64,000 bases of DNA from Perna viridis (lineage: Eukaryota). Made by a program: the position numbers and the translations under genes. Numbering within the stretch: the first letter of the stretch is position 1; each line of letters opens with the position of its first letter. The notes beneath the pieces are model-generated. The model saw nothing but the letters and a program-made list of their open reading frames with translations. It searched no databases and was not told the origin of the DNA. Positions 41,253-54,904 of the stretch are shown here, in pieces. The DNA lies in assembly GCA_037379345.1 (NCBI GenBank), contig CM074511.1, positions 59,712,862 through 59,776,861 on the forward strand, in the 5' to 3' direction.

Positions 41253-43836
41253 AATGCATAGAATAGTACACGTGTCCATTCCCTTGCATTGCAATTTTGT
41301 ACTCGACAACGATTTAAAGATTCGATAGTACTAACCTAGTGTATGTATGTTTCTGTGCCTGTTGGCGAACGGTGCATTGTCTATGGAATGTTTAAAGCAC
41401 AAGTCCTAGGAAGTTGGTACACGTGTACACGAAATTAGTAGCGTACAACTTTTTCAAGCCGTTTTCGTAATAAAAATGAATACACATTCTTGGGAATTGA
41501 ATAGAATAAAAAAAAACAACAAGCTACAGCAAGGTCATTGAGAATACGTCAACGAACCTTGAAAAAGAACAACAATGATATCGAACAACTATGGTAGATA
41601 TATAAACGGTTAACACTAGAACACTAGGGTTCAAATTTACTTATTGACATAGGGTTAGATCTATTAGTTATCTGGAACCCAGCCTGACGTTTTACGACCC
41701 ACTAAATGTGTAAAAATGGTGTAACAACTCCGGTTTGTGATGAGTATCTTATTAAATCTTGACGATAGGATCGCGCTGGTAATGGACCAGTTAATCGGCA
41801 GGAGGCTTCCAAAACTATGGACTTGATAGATAAATTTGTGAATTTAAATTAAACGATACTATCGAAAAAGACATTGTTATTATATATTTTTGTTATTAAA
41901 TATGTGTTTGAAATATTATCTGGAAACACCCATTCGTGTGAACTTAACTTTGGTATTTCCTGATATTAATGGTATATATAGTTTGTAACGAACCACTCAA
42001 AGACGAACCAATAATTTTAAACACATACATGGAAGCGAAAAGGGTACTTGTTAGTGAATTTTTTACTCTTGAATGGACGAACATTAAGAAGAGGAAATTA
42101 TCGAACATATTTATAATAATGTAATACAATGTGTGACCTACAAAACACAAATCAATATGACCATTGAAAAAAAAAAACGAAACAAAAATAATTTCTTTAG
42201 TAAATGTATTATTATCCGATCAAATATTTGCGAACCTTACTTGTACAGCGAAGAGATAAAAAGGATGAGTGAATAATTTTGAAGAATAGTGTATCTTCTT
42301 TATGAATAAGAACCAACGCAATTGAAGTAATCTTTGAACACGTTTTATTATTTGTTCAGTAGATGCCCTAATTTATCCAATACAACAGCATACTCTTCCT
42401 AAATCATCCCGTCTATATTGACTAAGCAATATATCACAGACGTCCTTGGAGTAAATACTCTATTAGTATGGACCACCACTTCAGATCTACACGATGCTAT
42501 TGTCTCAAACACGCGACTGTTGAAAAGTTAACAAGATAGTTTAAATCAGATAAAATGATTGCATTCCTCGCCCAATGTAATAATTAATTGTAAAGACGTC
42601 AATACACAAAACTAGTAAATTGTAGTATCATGATGATTAGCGCCAGCCATAGTTCATGAATTGGCTCTTTAAATTAATACAGACTAGTTGCTTGTCTTGG
42701 CGACATCAATATGTCTTCCAGTAGAGTTCCTATCTACAGCAATAATAAGCAACAAACAGATAGTTTCAAATGGTATTTTAAGATCTTTATCACCTTTGAA
42801 ATTAAGGTTGAAGGGGTTGTCGGGAAGTTCTAAGAAAGGTTATTTCTCTTTTTACTTCATGGCAGACATCCATAAATGAGGGTTTTCTTTTTGGACAACT
42901 CATAAACATGCCTGTCAACTGCAGTATCGATGATTATCAACACGGGGTGCTGGAGTACGCATTAAAGAAGGTCAAAATGGGTACGGCAATGTCACTTTAC
43001 TAAGGTTATTTTTATGTTATTTGTCAAATACCTGTTAAATTAATAAACGACATCATAGTATTCATTGTCCGAATATAAGGACGCTTAGAACTTTACTTCG
43101 CCGGTGATAATTTTATTAAACATACGGAGATATGAAAAGCAGTAACCGAAAATTTTGTAGATAAAGCCGATGAGAGACAGAGAAACATATTCTGTTTGTT
43201 TGTTTTGTTTGTTTATTTCCTTCGTAGTTTGCATTTCTTACTTAGCCGCTCCACTACTTATTTCAGAATGTGACCTTTATTTTGAAATATCTAATTTTTG
43301 TTGTTTTTTTTTGTTTTGCTTTGTTTGAGAAAGTGTTACATATTCGTTTTTACCTACTACATGTTATTGAAAGCCCCTGGTTAACACTATTATTAACAGG
43401 AAGTCTCTATGTGTAAACGATGACCTTACAACGCTTTAATACTGCACTGGTCAAGGGCTAGTCTCCTTTGAACTTTGGAGACTCATAACACCAAAAGGAA
43501 TATGTCAGAAAAGAGACTTTAATGCAAAATAACCAAGAGTAACGTAAGCTATTTCTGTCTCCATTGATAAAAATCTTTTAATGTGACACTAAAATCACTT
43601 ATCAAATAGTAATAGACAACCTTGAGGTCCATGTCGATTATTTAGGGAGGAAATTATTATCTCTGTTACCTCTGTTGACACCATCCTATGTTGAAGATTT
43701 ATACTACTCATACTGTAGGTCGTACATTGCTTGCAAACTGTCAAACATTATTAACCGTGTATGTATGCTTTGATGATGTTGAAAGTATTCAAGTTTTATG
43801 ACCGAAGTAACTCCCAGGCATTTAAGTGAAGTCTTC

Positions 43837-44743
43837 AAAGATACTGAAGTCTTCAAAGTCGCTAAACGTCAAATTATCTCGGTCACTCTTTTTGGCTTCA
43901 AAGCAATTCTCAACAGTAAATTAAACCTACATGTTCTAAACAAACACTGTCTTAAAACTCGAATATCAACTTTGATTTTAAATTAACTTTTTAGTCACTT
44001 GTTACTATTCTCTGGTCTCTGGTCATTCATTTTGGCTTACTTTCAACATCCGAAATGGCACGAATGCGATATGCTCTAAAATCGGGTGACTTCCGCTATT
44101 ACCTTGATTCCCTTTATGTCCCGAATGTTTTCAAATACCCGGAACCAGATAAAACAACTGGGAATGGTTATTTATAGATATCGATGTCTATGACCTATAT
44201 ATGGTCAATTGTAAAGAGCCTGTGTTTTAATCGGAAACTGGGTAATATAACATAAATTCAATGTTAACCGATCGTTTATCTTTTAAAGAAAACCTCCCTT
44301 TCTCATACAAGCAAAAAAAACACACACATAGACATGTGTATGATATTTAAAAAAAAAGAGGTACATTGTAGCGATCTTCGGGTCGCAATTGATATTGACC
44401 AGGGAACCAGATTAAACAACTGGCAATGAGTATTCATAGATACCGGTGATGATCTATATAGTCTTGTAAACGAGCCCCTGTGCCTGAATCGGAAACTGGG
44501 AAATTTCAATGTCAATTTTAACCGATCATTTCATATAAACTTCCCGTTCTCATGCAAGCAATAATCACACGTAGATCACACGTGTTTGATCTTTAAGAGG
44601 TATATTTTTATCTCGTATTAAGCTAGAACTATCACGCAATGGCGTTAAACACGGCATAGATCTGCAGCATGACGTGGAGTATAAGTATATAATTATGCAA
44701 ATCATATGCGAATATAAAGTACTGAAATTACGAGTGCAAGAAG
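43837..44743 (-). mobile_element. HINE/Helentron-like family A copy, inverted relative to 40251-41053
   Basis: subTIR aagtcgctaa at 43856. 44030-44115 is the reverse complement of 40913-41000, and 44141-44743 is the reverse complement of 40261-40889. It has one extra ~140-bp internal duplication (ggtcaYtcWttttggctt at 43881 and 44021). Confidence 0.8.
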
Positions 44744-45060
44744 AACGGGAAGTTTACACAAAATGATCGGATTGCATTGAACATTACCCAGTTTCCGATT
44801 CAGGCACAGGGGCTCGTTCCAAGACTACATAGGTCATTTACATTATCACGGCCCCGATATCTATGAACATTCATTGCCAGTTGTTTAATCTGGTTCCTAA
44901 TCCGGTTCACTGGTCAATATCATAAGCGACCCAAAGATCGCTGCAACGTACCTCTTTTAAAAATATCATACACATGTCTGTGTTTGTTTTTCTCACTTGT
45001 ATGAGAACGGGAAGTTTACATTAACGATAAAATGATCGGTTAGCAGTGAATTAATGTAGT
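44742..45060 (+). mobile_element. Partial family A internal unit fused head-to-head to the previous copy
   Basis: agaacgggaagtttaca...cccagtttccgattcaggcacagggg... matches 40437-40780 directly and is the inverse of 44250-44550. Confidence 0.85.
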
Positions 45061-47050
45061 AAAAAAGTAGACAATAAATTATGTTTTTACTGAGTTTTCT
45101 CGGTTGTTTTATAAGCTCTCGTGCAGATTAATAGCTTTGATTTTCCCGCTAATTATATCTCCTTATTTATCTACTTCCTATCGAGAATAAAAACAAACCT
45201 ACGAGTTTTTTTAACTCTTATTTTTTTACAGGAACTGTTTTTATTCTTTCCAAAATATGTTTTGACTTTATCATCGCTAGGCAGTATCAATTTGTTTCCA
45301 AACTATCAAAAAACTTAAACATGATTTTATTGAAGTGGTGAAAATTATGCAGCCATTTTCGATCGATCGTCTTTGTCTAGTAACTAGAAACAGACATAAT
45401 CCGTTACTTTTATTTTAAAAGGTAGTAGTTAAAATTTTGTACTTGCCATTTTTTTAGTTAGTGGCAGTAAAAAAAATAACTGGAAAATGAAATTCCAATT
45501 TTATTTTTTTTTTCTCCAAGCTGGAAAAATCGGATCGGCGGATCCGTTAACCAACAAATTAAAAAAGTGTGGCCTTACGATAGTTTTTCGATGGATTTAC
45601 GGATAAGCACGAATTTGCACTTTGCGAATATATACGAATACGCCATGATGAAGAAGGTTAGGTTGTCGTGCCAGTAAGAGAAGCAACTCGAAAGGATTTT
45701 TGATGTAACATTTGACTTATTTCCGTCGTAAAACATGCAAAAAGTTCAGTTGAAGAATGTATGAGGTGGATGGCTTGAATTCATATGACAAAATGCATTA
45801 CACCATTGAATATGTATTACCGCTCTTAAAATACTGGTAACTAAACAACAAGTATTCGTAAAAACTCGTTGGGTTATCGTATTTATCCATTCGTCAACTG
45901 TCCGTAAAGCTTGGATCAAATCATAACAATACGCATTGCACTCACAATTATTTCTAACAATATTGTATGCATTCGAAAATTGCTCGTATTTTGCCGGAAT
46001 GAACCGTGATCTGTTATCGTATATGCTTTGCATTCATAAGGCTTGTAACCAATCATATCTAAGCACCCGCATATCACTCGTAAAGACTAGCTTCATTCGC
46101 AAGGATTCGTTAGAAAAGTTCATATATGGGAAGGGGGTAAAACCCTGATCAGGAGGGGTTGTGTATGAAATGCTTTTTTGTGAGGCATAATCTTTTGATT
46201 CGTTAAATTGAGATCTGGAGCTGGCATGTCATTAAATACTATGCACGGGTTGGGTCGGGCCCCCAAACTTTTTTTTCAATCTTATACATCTTCTGCGTCT
46301 TGCATGATTTTGATTCCGCATCGTTAAAGGCACATAGACTGGCTTAGGCAATTTGCGTCAGTCTAGTAGTATTGTGTCTTTTACACATTCCTGTATTCAC
46401 TTCTCTTTTTTTAGCTCATGTTTATCGAACCTAAAACGTTCTGCGATTTTAGCATTACAAGCAGTTTCCCATTTAATCAAACTACCTCTGTGTCCTGGCT
46501 GTGATGTTCTATCATAATGGTTTCACAATTTAAACGTGGCGTTCATTTTCAAATCTGATAAGAAATATTAATTTTGTAATTTGTTAAGTTTTGTTGAGAT
46601 TAGTTTTAAGTTTATTTATCTATGAACTGGTGAAAACTGATAAATCATTGAATCTATTTCACGATCCAAGTGCCTTTTAAGTCAATGGGTTGTCGTTCAT
46701 GGACATTTGCTGGATTCAAAGTAAGTAAAACTCAATTGACAGAGACAACCACTACAAAGGCTCCGAAACCCTGAGTGTTTATTTTGTAAATTTATTTTTC
46801 CTATCGTAATAAACCGAATTTGTATGAACTGTCTTGTGTTTGGTATGACATGGCAAAATTGGATTTCAATAGGTTGCTTAAAACACAGACCAAATCTAGG
46901 TATACATGTGTATACTTGAAGCTCGCATTAATCAGAAGAATGTCACATTATCCAGATTGAAATTCATTTTAACTTTCTGGCTGTGAAAACAAAGGAAACA
47001 AAGTGTCAGGTTCCAACATTTTAAATACTCATATTCGGGAGCATTAGATT

Positions 47051-48082
47051 GGCGAACTTTTTGCAATTAAGGACTGTTACATTTGCGAACTTTTGCTACT
47101 ACGTTTTCGAACTTTTTTTTCATTACATTTGCGAACAATTTGTAAAATTAATATTTGCGAACCAAATGATATATACTATTACATTTTGTATAGACTTTAT
47201 ATAAATTTATATAACAATTCAGATGTGTGGTGTGATCTGTTTTGAAGTTCGCTCACTAATCACTCTTTCACATTTCATTGGCTATATGTTTTTTTCCTTT
47301 GTTTTCGTCTTCCATATTAAGTTATAATTCTAATCAACTGGTCACTTTGCTACAACTAGGTACGATCTTACTGAACAATGATTTTACAATCATTGAGACA
47401 AATAGGAGTAACCAATGTTTATAACTTGACGGCTATACATTTCGGTTCCGCGAAATGCAGAAAATGAAAAACTAGACTTTCTCCTGAAACAGTTTGAACA
47501 GTTCACGGCGGGTGTTATTGGCAGAATTTCTTTCCTGAAACCCCTTGGTTTTAATCATTCTGTACACAATTGTACAATTCTTTTTTATTTCTGTTTTTAA
47601 TTAATGAATTTTATTTTTTTATATTTCCAGGAAAGGACTTCCTTCTTTCAGCCGGTGGTGACAACAAGATTCTACTATTCGGAACTCCTGACAACTTCAA
47701 CACCTCATCCAAGTCGACACAAATGTGACCAGCTTCAACGACTACAGGACAGAACAGTGGGTTGACAGAGAACCAGACTGTTGGAACCACTGAGGGACAC
47801 AGGACCACAAGTTACCTTGAAAAAATGGCATCACAGACCCAACAACCAACTCAACAAGGCTCACCCAAACTATTACCTGATTATTCAGAAACTTCACAAC
47901 ACGCAGGCTTCGACAAAGATCCGACTGAAACAGTCGGCTACGGGGGTAAACGCAAGACCAGGAAACTCAAGTACGGGACCATCGACAACCGACTCACTCA
48001 GCTGAAAGACAGACCACAACAAGGGCAGATCGACGTGTACCACTACACTGACACAGTCTCCCACCTGTTGAAACTTGGTTGA
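47051..48082 (+). mobile_element. Decayed Mutator-like (MULE) DNA transposon: subterminal repeats, FLYWCH-like start and frameshifted transposase pieces
   Basis: Repeated ttacatttgcgaac at 47077-47162. DFTIIETNRSNQCL*LDGYTFR near 47380 is FLYWCH-like. After the ttccag acceptor at 47630: KDFLLSAGGDNKILLFGTPDNF/QHLIQVDT-NVTSFNDYRTEQWV..WNH/TEGHRTTSYLE/WHHRPNNQLNKAHPNYYLIIQKL..KLKYGTIDNRL..*. This matches the MULE RTNNxxEgWH and HPN motifs. Confidence 0.8.
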
Positions 48083-49871
48083 ACATTGTATTAAATTTTA
48101 TGTCAATGTATAGTGCTGATAATGTTTAATATTTTTGTGTTTAAGATGTTTTGTATTTTGTTATTTTCATGTTATATGATGATCAATATGATACAATAAA
48201 CTTATAGATAATATATTTGTTTTTTTGAAGCCCAAAACAATTTGTTTCTTTCATGTGCCACACTTTATAAACATTCTTCCAGATTCTTAGACGGAGAAGT
48301 ACTTAAAAGTACAAACAAATCTGAGAAAAGAAACAAAATCACACTCGATGGTTAGTTACTTCATGTATTAAAAAGTACAGGAAAAATATCCTGAAAAATG
48401 TCCAGGCTTTATTGAAGAGTAATCAAATTTAAAAAGCCATCTAAACCCAAGCTCTAATTAAGAATCCTTTGTTCTTAATTACCTTTGATCTCATTTATCC
48501 AACTTTAATTTTTTACCTGTATTACCTGAAATTTCAAAAAGTTGGATAAATGGGAAAGAACCAACCAGATTTATCATCGAATGAAACTCAAAGAAGGCAC
48601 AAGTCAAAGCAATATAATTTTTATCGTGTAAAAATAGCATGTTGAAAAGTCATTAAAATTCTATATTTCAGTTCCATTAAAAAAGAACCATTCCAAAAAA
48701 AAATATGCAGTGTTAGTTGCTTGTAAAAGTATAAGTAATTTTAGTCCTGACTGCATGGAATAAGGTGCACCGGTCAAAATGTTTTGGTCTTACGTGTAAT
48801 ATCTCTAGAAATATTACCATTTTACATAGTAAAATGGAAATGAATGCAACGTTTGCTATTATTTACAGCAAGGATTTTTGCTGACTTTGTTTTATCACTT
48901 AAAACTAAATATTTCATTTCTATTTTGTACTTATACACGAATTTAAAAGCACCATTTAAATGTTTTAAATATTGCCCGAAGACGAATTCTCCTCACAACA
49001 ATAGAGTTTATTGGGTACTAAATAACTATTTATAGTAAGTGTGGATAAAAATAGAATGATAGATTATTGATATAATGTATCCATCTACCCTTCAAACCGT
49101 AAAAGACAGTTCAATTTTCAAAGACCGTTCAATCAACATAACAACTATAAATACTTAATTTACATGTAAATAATGATAATAACACAAGACGTGTGCTGGT
49201 TGTCTCGGGGATATTTGTTTTCCTCAGGACACAGACTAAAAAGATTTCATCTTTCATCGGAGACAGATAAAGTGTAAATTTGGACATTATAATTATTATC
49301 TTTTCTTTGTTGTGATTTATTAACTTTAAAGATTACAACAAGTATGTACAATACATTTGGCCAGGAGATGTTTTGTTTCACCCAGCTGGGGTCATTTATT
49401 TCGACCTCTATTAATCAAGCAGACCTTTGAGATCTTAAGTTCAAAATTCCTGAAGCCTGATCATTTATCATTTAACCACAAACTATGACAAATAATTAGA
49501 CCAGAGAATAATTAAATATTAATTTAACACCTTGTCAAAAATAAATGTGACTCAAAACAAAAATTAAATTATTTTAAATGGTTTTACCTGTCATTAAAGT
49601 GGTAGTTTATAGCTCTGAAAAGTACAGAGAGTAACACCTTTACTGAAATACTATACTGTGATTTAAAAAATAAACCAAAACATTGTACGTATAAAAAGTA
49701 GATGGATTGATGGAGGTCTCGTGGATATAATCATGGCCATGTTGTAGACTAAGCAGAACAGTAATTGTTCTCTTTCTTTCGTTTTTTTTTTTGCAGACTT
49801 ATCATTGCTACTATCGCAATTCCAGGTGTTGAATATTCACTAGAGTCTATATATATTTTTCTTTTTTTTTC

Positions 49872-50016
49872 AAATAGACCCTTTTGTGGTAAGTTGGTGA
49901 GCACGCTCAATATACACTTCCGCGAGGTAGGGCTTGGGTAGAACAAAAGAATTTTCCTCGCGGAAGTGTATATTAATCATGCTCATACCCTACAGTTAGC
50001 ACAAAAGGGTCTATTT
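49872..50016. repeat. Long inverted repeat (MITE-like hairpin)
   Basis: aaatagacccttttgtg (49872-49888) pairs with cacaaaagggtctattt (50000-50016). aatatacacttccgcgagg (49909-49927) pairs with cctcgcggaagtgtatatt (49956-49974). Both are perfect. Confidence 0.9.
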
Positions 50017-51844
50017 TGATTTTTCATTTAATGTTCCAGTTCTGTTTATTGCTCACCAAGTCATTGTATTCCCTGTGTATTCCCCAACTTCCGGTTTTTC
50101 AAAGTAACCTCCAAACTTGATGATGGGTGCACGCATTCTCTTTACCAGACGGGTGATAATTTTAGATTCTGAAATGTTACCAGTAGAGGAAACCAGTAGT
50201 GGAGTACATGTACTCCCCAAAAAATGGCAGTGTTCCCATTAAATACTTCTAAGGTCAATTAGTCACTGACTGAAATGTAATTAATTAACTTGTGACATGA
50301 CAGTGTCGAGAAATATTCGTGATGAAATGTTAGCAATTTTAGGAACAAACTTGTTTCGTATGAATGTAGTCTGTCTTATAACTATGCGCACATTTGCATT
50401 GCGACTATTATCAGCCAAACCACGACCATAAATATGAATCGTGATACATGTATACAAGTTTAAAACCAGTAAAATATTCATACATGTACTTGAAAACAGA
50501 CCACAAAAATACACAAGCATACACACGCTAGAACTAAAGGGATAATTATCATGAATAAATTGGCGGTTGATTTAGATATAATCTACGAAAGTGATGGTAG
50601 AAACAACATATTCCGACAATCTTTTAACTTCCCTTGACTTGACAAAGTATCTTACACATTATTGTCAAATAGCACCAATTATAGAAGTAAAAATTTTACA
50701 TGGACCATATATGTGTCAAAACAATGATTTTTGAAGTGTCATCCACTGAATATTTATGTCGAGTTGCATGAACATGAAACTCTCTTAAAAAGTGTTTATT
50801 TATTAGGAGGAGGACGTGTATAGTGCAGTGTTGTTCGCACCCGTTTAACTAGTTCAAGATTAACCTTTAAAGGATAATAAAGCAGCCCTAAATGTTTGTG
50901 CTTCGATGCCGTCCTTTGATATGATACATTAAAAGATTAAGAAGCAGGGTATTTTAAAAATTCAGGTCAATTAACTTCACACCCGATGTGTTGAAGTCGC
51001 ATGTTCTTTGCCTTGTAATGTATTTGTATCATTTATAAGCAAGAGAATGTTGAATAGAATTGACAATGAGGAAAGGATTATTGCGTGCTGATAAAAAAAA
51101 AACGCCATGGAATAGCAAAATACTTAATTCTGTTTAACTTGTACAAGTGGTGAATGTCTAAGTTATCTTTTCGTAATATTTACCACAATTTCATACCAGT
51201 GTTATTCCCTGCTAAGTGAAACGACGTTGAATCGGCTGGTTTCGTTGTCACATACAGGTTACAATGTCGGCTCATATCTGTTTGTTATAGTTTGTTTAAA
51301 ACCCCAATTGTTGTAGTCAATCAAAGGGATAGGGAGTGTATTTTATAAAGTTGAGTACTTACTTTTTTTCTCACAATACAAGGTGGAATCTTACTCCTGA
51401 TTCTGTTTTGATTATAGAACGGGTATTGAAATCAAAGACTTGCTCATTTCAGAATTATGCATTTTTGTATAGATTCCATTTATACATATATGTCGATAAG
51501 ATTTACAGCAAAAATATTTTAGCAAAAATGAATTTGGCATTTGAAAAGCTTAAACTGTTATCGAAGGTCGAATTTTAATTTGATCGTAAAATTAACATAA
51601 TTTTTACATCAATTTACTTTAACATATGACTTCGTATTTTTTGGTGAATATTTTCATCATATATATTACAACAGTGCTCTTTTCGTGTTATGAAATTATA
51701 ACTTGAGCTTATCAAATACTATTTGTAATTGCAAATTCACATGTCCAATATCGACAAATGGTTGTAAAAATTTCAATGACATCTTTTAATACTGACTTAG
51801 TCTATTTTAAAACTTTTTCATTCTCTTGCCTAAGCGGTAAATTG

Positions 51845-52010
51845 AATCGTTTCTTTTCGGTGGTAGATGTTTCGTGCATTTCAGAACGAGAGCGTTTGAA
51901 CAATCGAACAGAACATGCTTTGTACTAGTCCGACGCTAGTCGGAGGGGATCGGAGCCGCGACCTCCTGCACTCGAGGCAAGCATGTCACCACGATACCGC
52001 TGAAGCGGCT
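51845..52010 (-). mobile_element. tRNA-derived SINE remnant, internally deleted
   Basis: Minus strand reads gccgcttcagcggtatcgtggtgacatgcttgcctcgagtgcaggaggtcgcggctccgatcccc, a decayed A-box/B-box tRNA head. It is joined to ctagtacaaagca..., recalled as a bivalve SINE body/tail. Confidence 0.6.
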
Positions 52011-54904
52011 CGTTAATGTTTAAAAGGCTTGAGTTTTGTTCTGCTTTCTCGAACACTACCCTTTAATGTTCTAAAAGTCGTGAAAGAAGCGAACTATAGA
52101 AACAAAGGAAACAAAAAATGTGAAAAATATCATTGTCATATCGAAATCATAACGATGGATCAAAAGAAAAGTACTTTGCAGATGTTTTATCACTGATAGA
52201 GAGAAAGCACTGTACACGTATCTCCGATGGTGTTTATTGACAGTAGATAGACAAGCAACATAAAGTGGACCGTGGACCTGTAAACCTTTAGGTGAATAGC
52301 CGGTAGGTTATTTACGTCTTAATACTGTTCCCAGTTAGGTGACTCAATATGAAGGTAACCCAGTATGATAGATCGTAAAATTTCAAATTTGTAAAAACAG
52401 CGATGTGTTTTTATCAGATTCTGTGATTTATTGTACATTTTTTAAATCGATACTTCGAAGCACTGATAATGACGTTGACAAAGACCGGATAAAGCCCTTT
52501 TGGTTATCAGTATTTTGTAACTTTACTTTGCAGATGCTATTCTTCTCAGAGCTCAATAGGGTTTAGCCTAATCCGTAAATTTGTCAATGAAGTAACACCT
52601 TTATGTTAAAGAGTTTACTTAAAGATTACATTGTGTTAATAAATGTAATAAACATTGCGAATTCACTTGGTATAGTTGATAAATTGACATTTTCGTAGAT
52701 ATGAAATTTTTAAGGTGCACTCAGTGGTGTAGGAAATATCGACTGGTCTCTCTTTTCTGCTCTGTCATGGGTAATGTAAAGAGAAAATGATGAAAGCTCG
52801 TCAATCGAACCCTCTCGCCATTGAAAGTTACTAGTAATAGTAACACGCGCGGGAGATTGACGTTTTTACATGTGCACAAGAAAACTCGTGTCATCTAACT
52901 ACAATGAACTTTTTTTTTAAAGAAAAAGCAGTTATATTTGCGACGAGATTTACTTTTTAACAACCGGAAGTTGGAGATTTTCTTTTGTCAGCAAGCTTCC
53001 CTTTTCAATAAACTGATAGCTACAGCAAAGCAAAGTATAATTAAATCAGCTTTATTTACACACTTCTATAACGACATGTACTTTAATCTTATCAAACTTA
53101 AAACAGCACACGTAGCCGACAGTTATCCCCAATATTAATTATTTTGACTTAAATGACGTCTTAAATCTATATCTACTTGTATTTTACATAATATTTACAA
53201 ACATCAACACAAGCACTTTTTTTTCATTAAAGACGAAAGGCAAAGGACTTTACCCTTTTCACCGAAAAGCGTGTTAAAATGCTGAATTAATCTTTCTGAC
53301 GGAGCAAATAAAGACTATTGGCAAACGAATATCAAAAGATATCTACTTTGTAGGTATTCGGACCTCCAAAGCAGTGATACGTCTTTCTGTATTGATGTAA
53401 CTGTCCCAGAGGGTACAACAGGTGATTTTCGCATTGTTGATTTTCCTTTAATCGGTTTCAAATGATCACAGCAAGTGTTTGCACACCTTAATACTAATTT
53501 ATTAAACTTTTTGTCTAGCCATAGTTCGTTCTTTCATATTCTATTAAAAGCCATGTTTTATTTTTGCAAAATCACTTTTTATCTCTTTAAAAAGCATAAA
53601 CTTCCTAGGGCTATATTCTTAAATATCAGAAAATAATCCTATATTATATGTCGATAATAGCTTCATTGATCCAAAGCTGTATGAAAAAATCGCTTATAAA
53701 TAAGATGATAGATGCTTATATTTTTATTTCCATACCAAAATTGAGTAAATTTGACCTAATCTCTTAGATAATCAGGTTTTGAGCTGCAATTTCATTGCCA
53801 TAAATAAAACCAATAAAGAAGCCAGGGTAGTAACTTCTTTTTATGATTTTTTTTTTATTACAATGTGTAAAGACGATCGGTATGTCAGAGCTCTTCTATC
53901 TCATAAATCCAAAAGCTATCTCATTCTTACTACGTCACTTTACGAGATGGATGAGAATTTTTAGAATACAACCCTCGTTCTTTTTCATGATTTATTTGCA
54001 ATCGGTCATGATCTGAGTTATATTTGTACAGGAAATACGTTAGTCAATCTCTACATATTTTGTATATTAAACCAATACATACATGTACACATAATGGAAA
54101 CATATCTGATTAGAAATTCTTTCATAAGTTTTTTTATTCAATCACAGTAATACTTCTAATTTTCACCTAAATTTCCGAATAATTGTATAAGACGCTACTA
54201 TTTGGCCATATCCTCACAATATGCCTTATTTATACTCGATATCAAAGTACAGAAGTACCGAGTCAACTATAATATGTGATTTGATGAAAACAAAATGTAT
54301 AAATTATCACAAAATAGAGTAATAAAAGGAACAGAAAATAAACGTAACGGAAATGATTAACTAATGATTTGGTTGAACAAAAACACAAATAAAAATTGGG
54401 AATTTTCCGACTGTCTTTGGAAATTTGAAAATGGTGATCATTGTGGGTTATGTTACGGACCAAATTTACCTTTATCTATTCATTGTTAAACATTACATCT
54501 TAAGAAGCATGCTATTGACATGAGTTGCATATTTTATTTATATCCTTGCAAAACTTCACTGTTTGTTTTGTTTTATTTGTTGTTTTGTTTGTTTTGTTTT
54601 TGTTTTTTTTTACGAATAGAAGCATTCTTTGACACTTATAATTCCCTTTCGTTATTTTGTTGCATTCTTTTTAGCACCAATGAAAATCAATATTCAAAGG
54701 AGTTGACTAAAAGCGTAACTGACTACCTCAGAGTTAAAGATGAGATTTTCAATTTCAGAGATGTCAGCCAACAACAATTCTGTCCTATATAATTTAAAAA
54801 GGTATAATGTTCATTGAATGTGTAAAATAGATAAATTGAGAATGCACATAATTATCTTTTGCTATGTAGGAAATAGTGTAATATATGACAATCCCAAATT
54901 GTTT

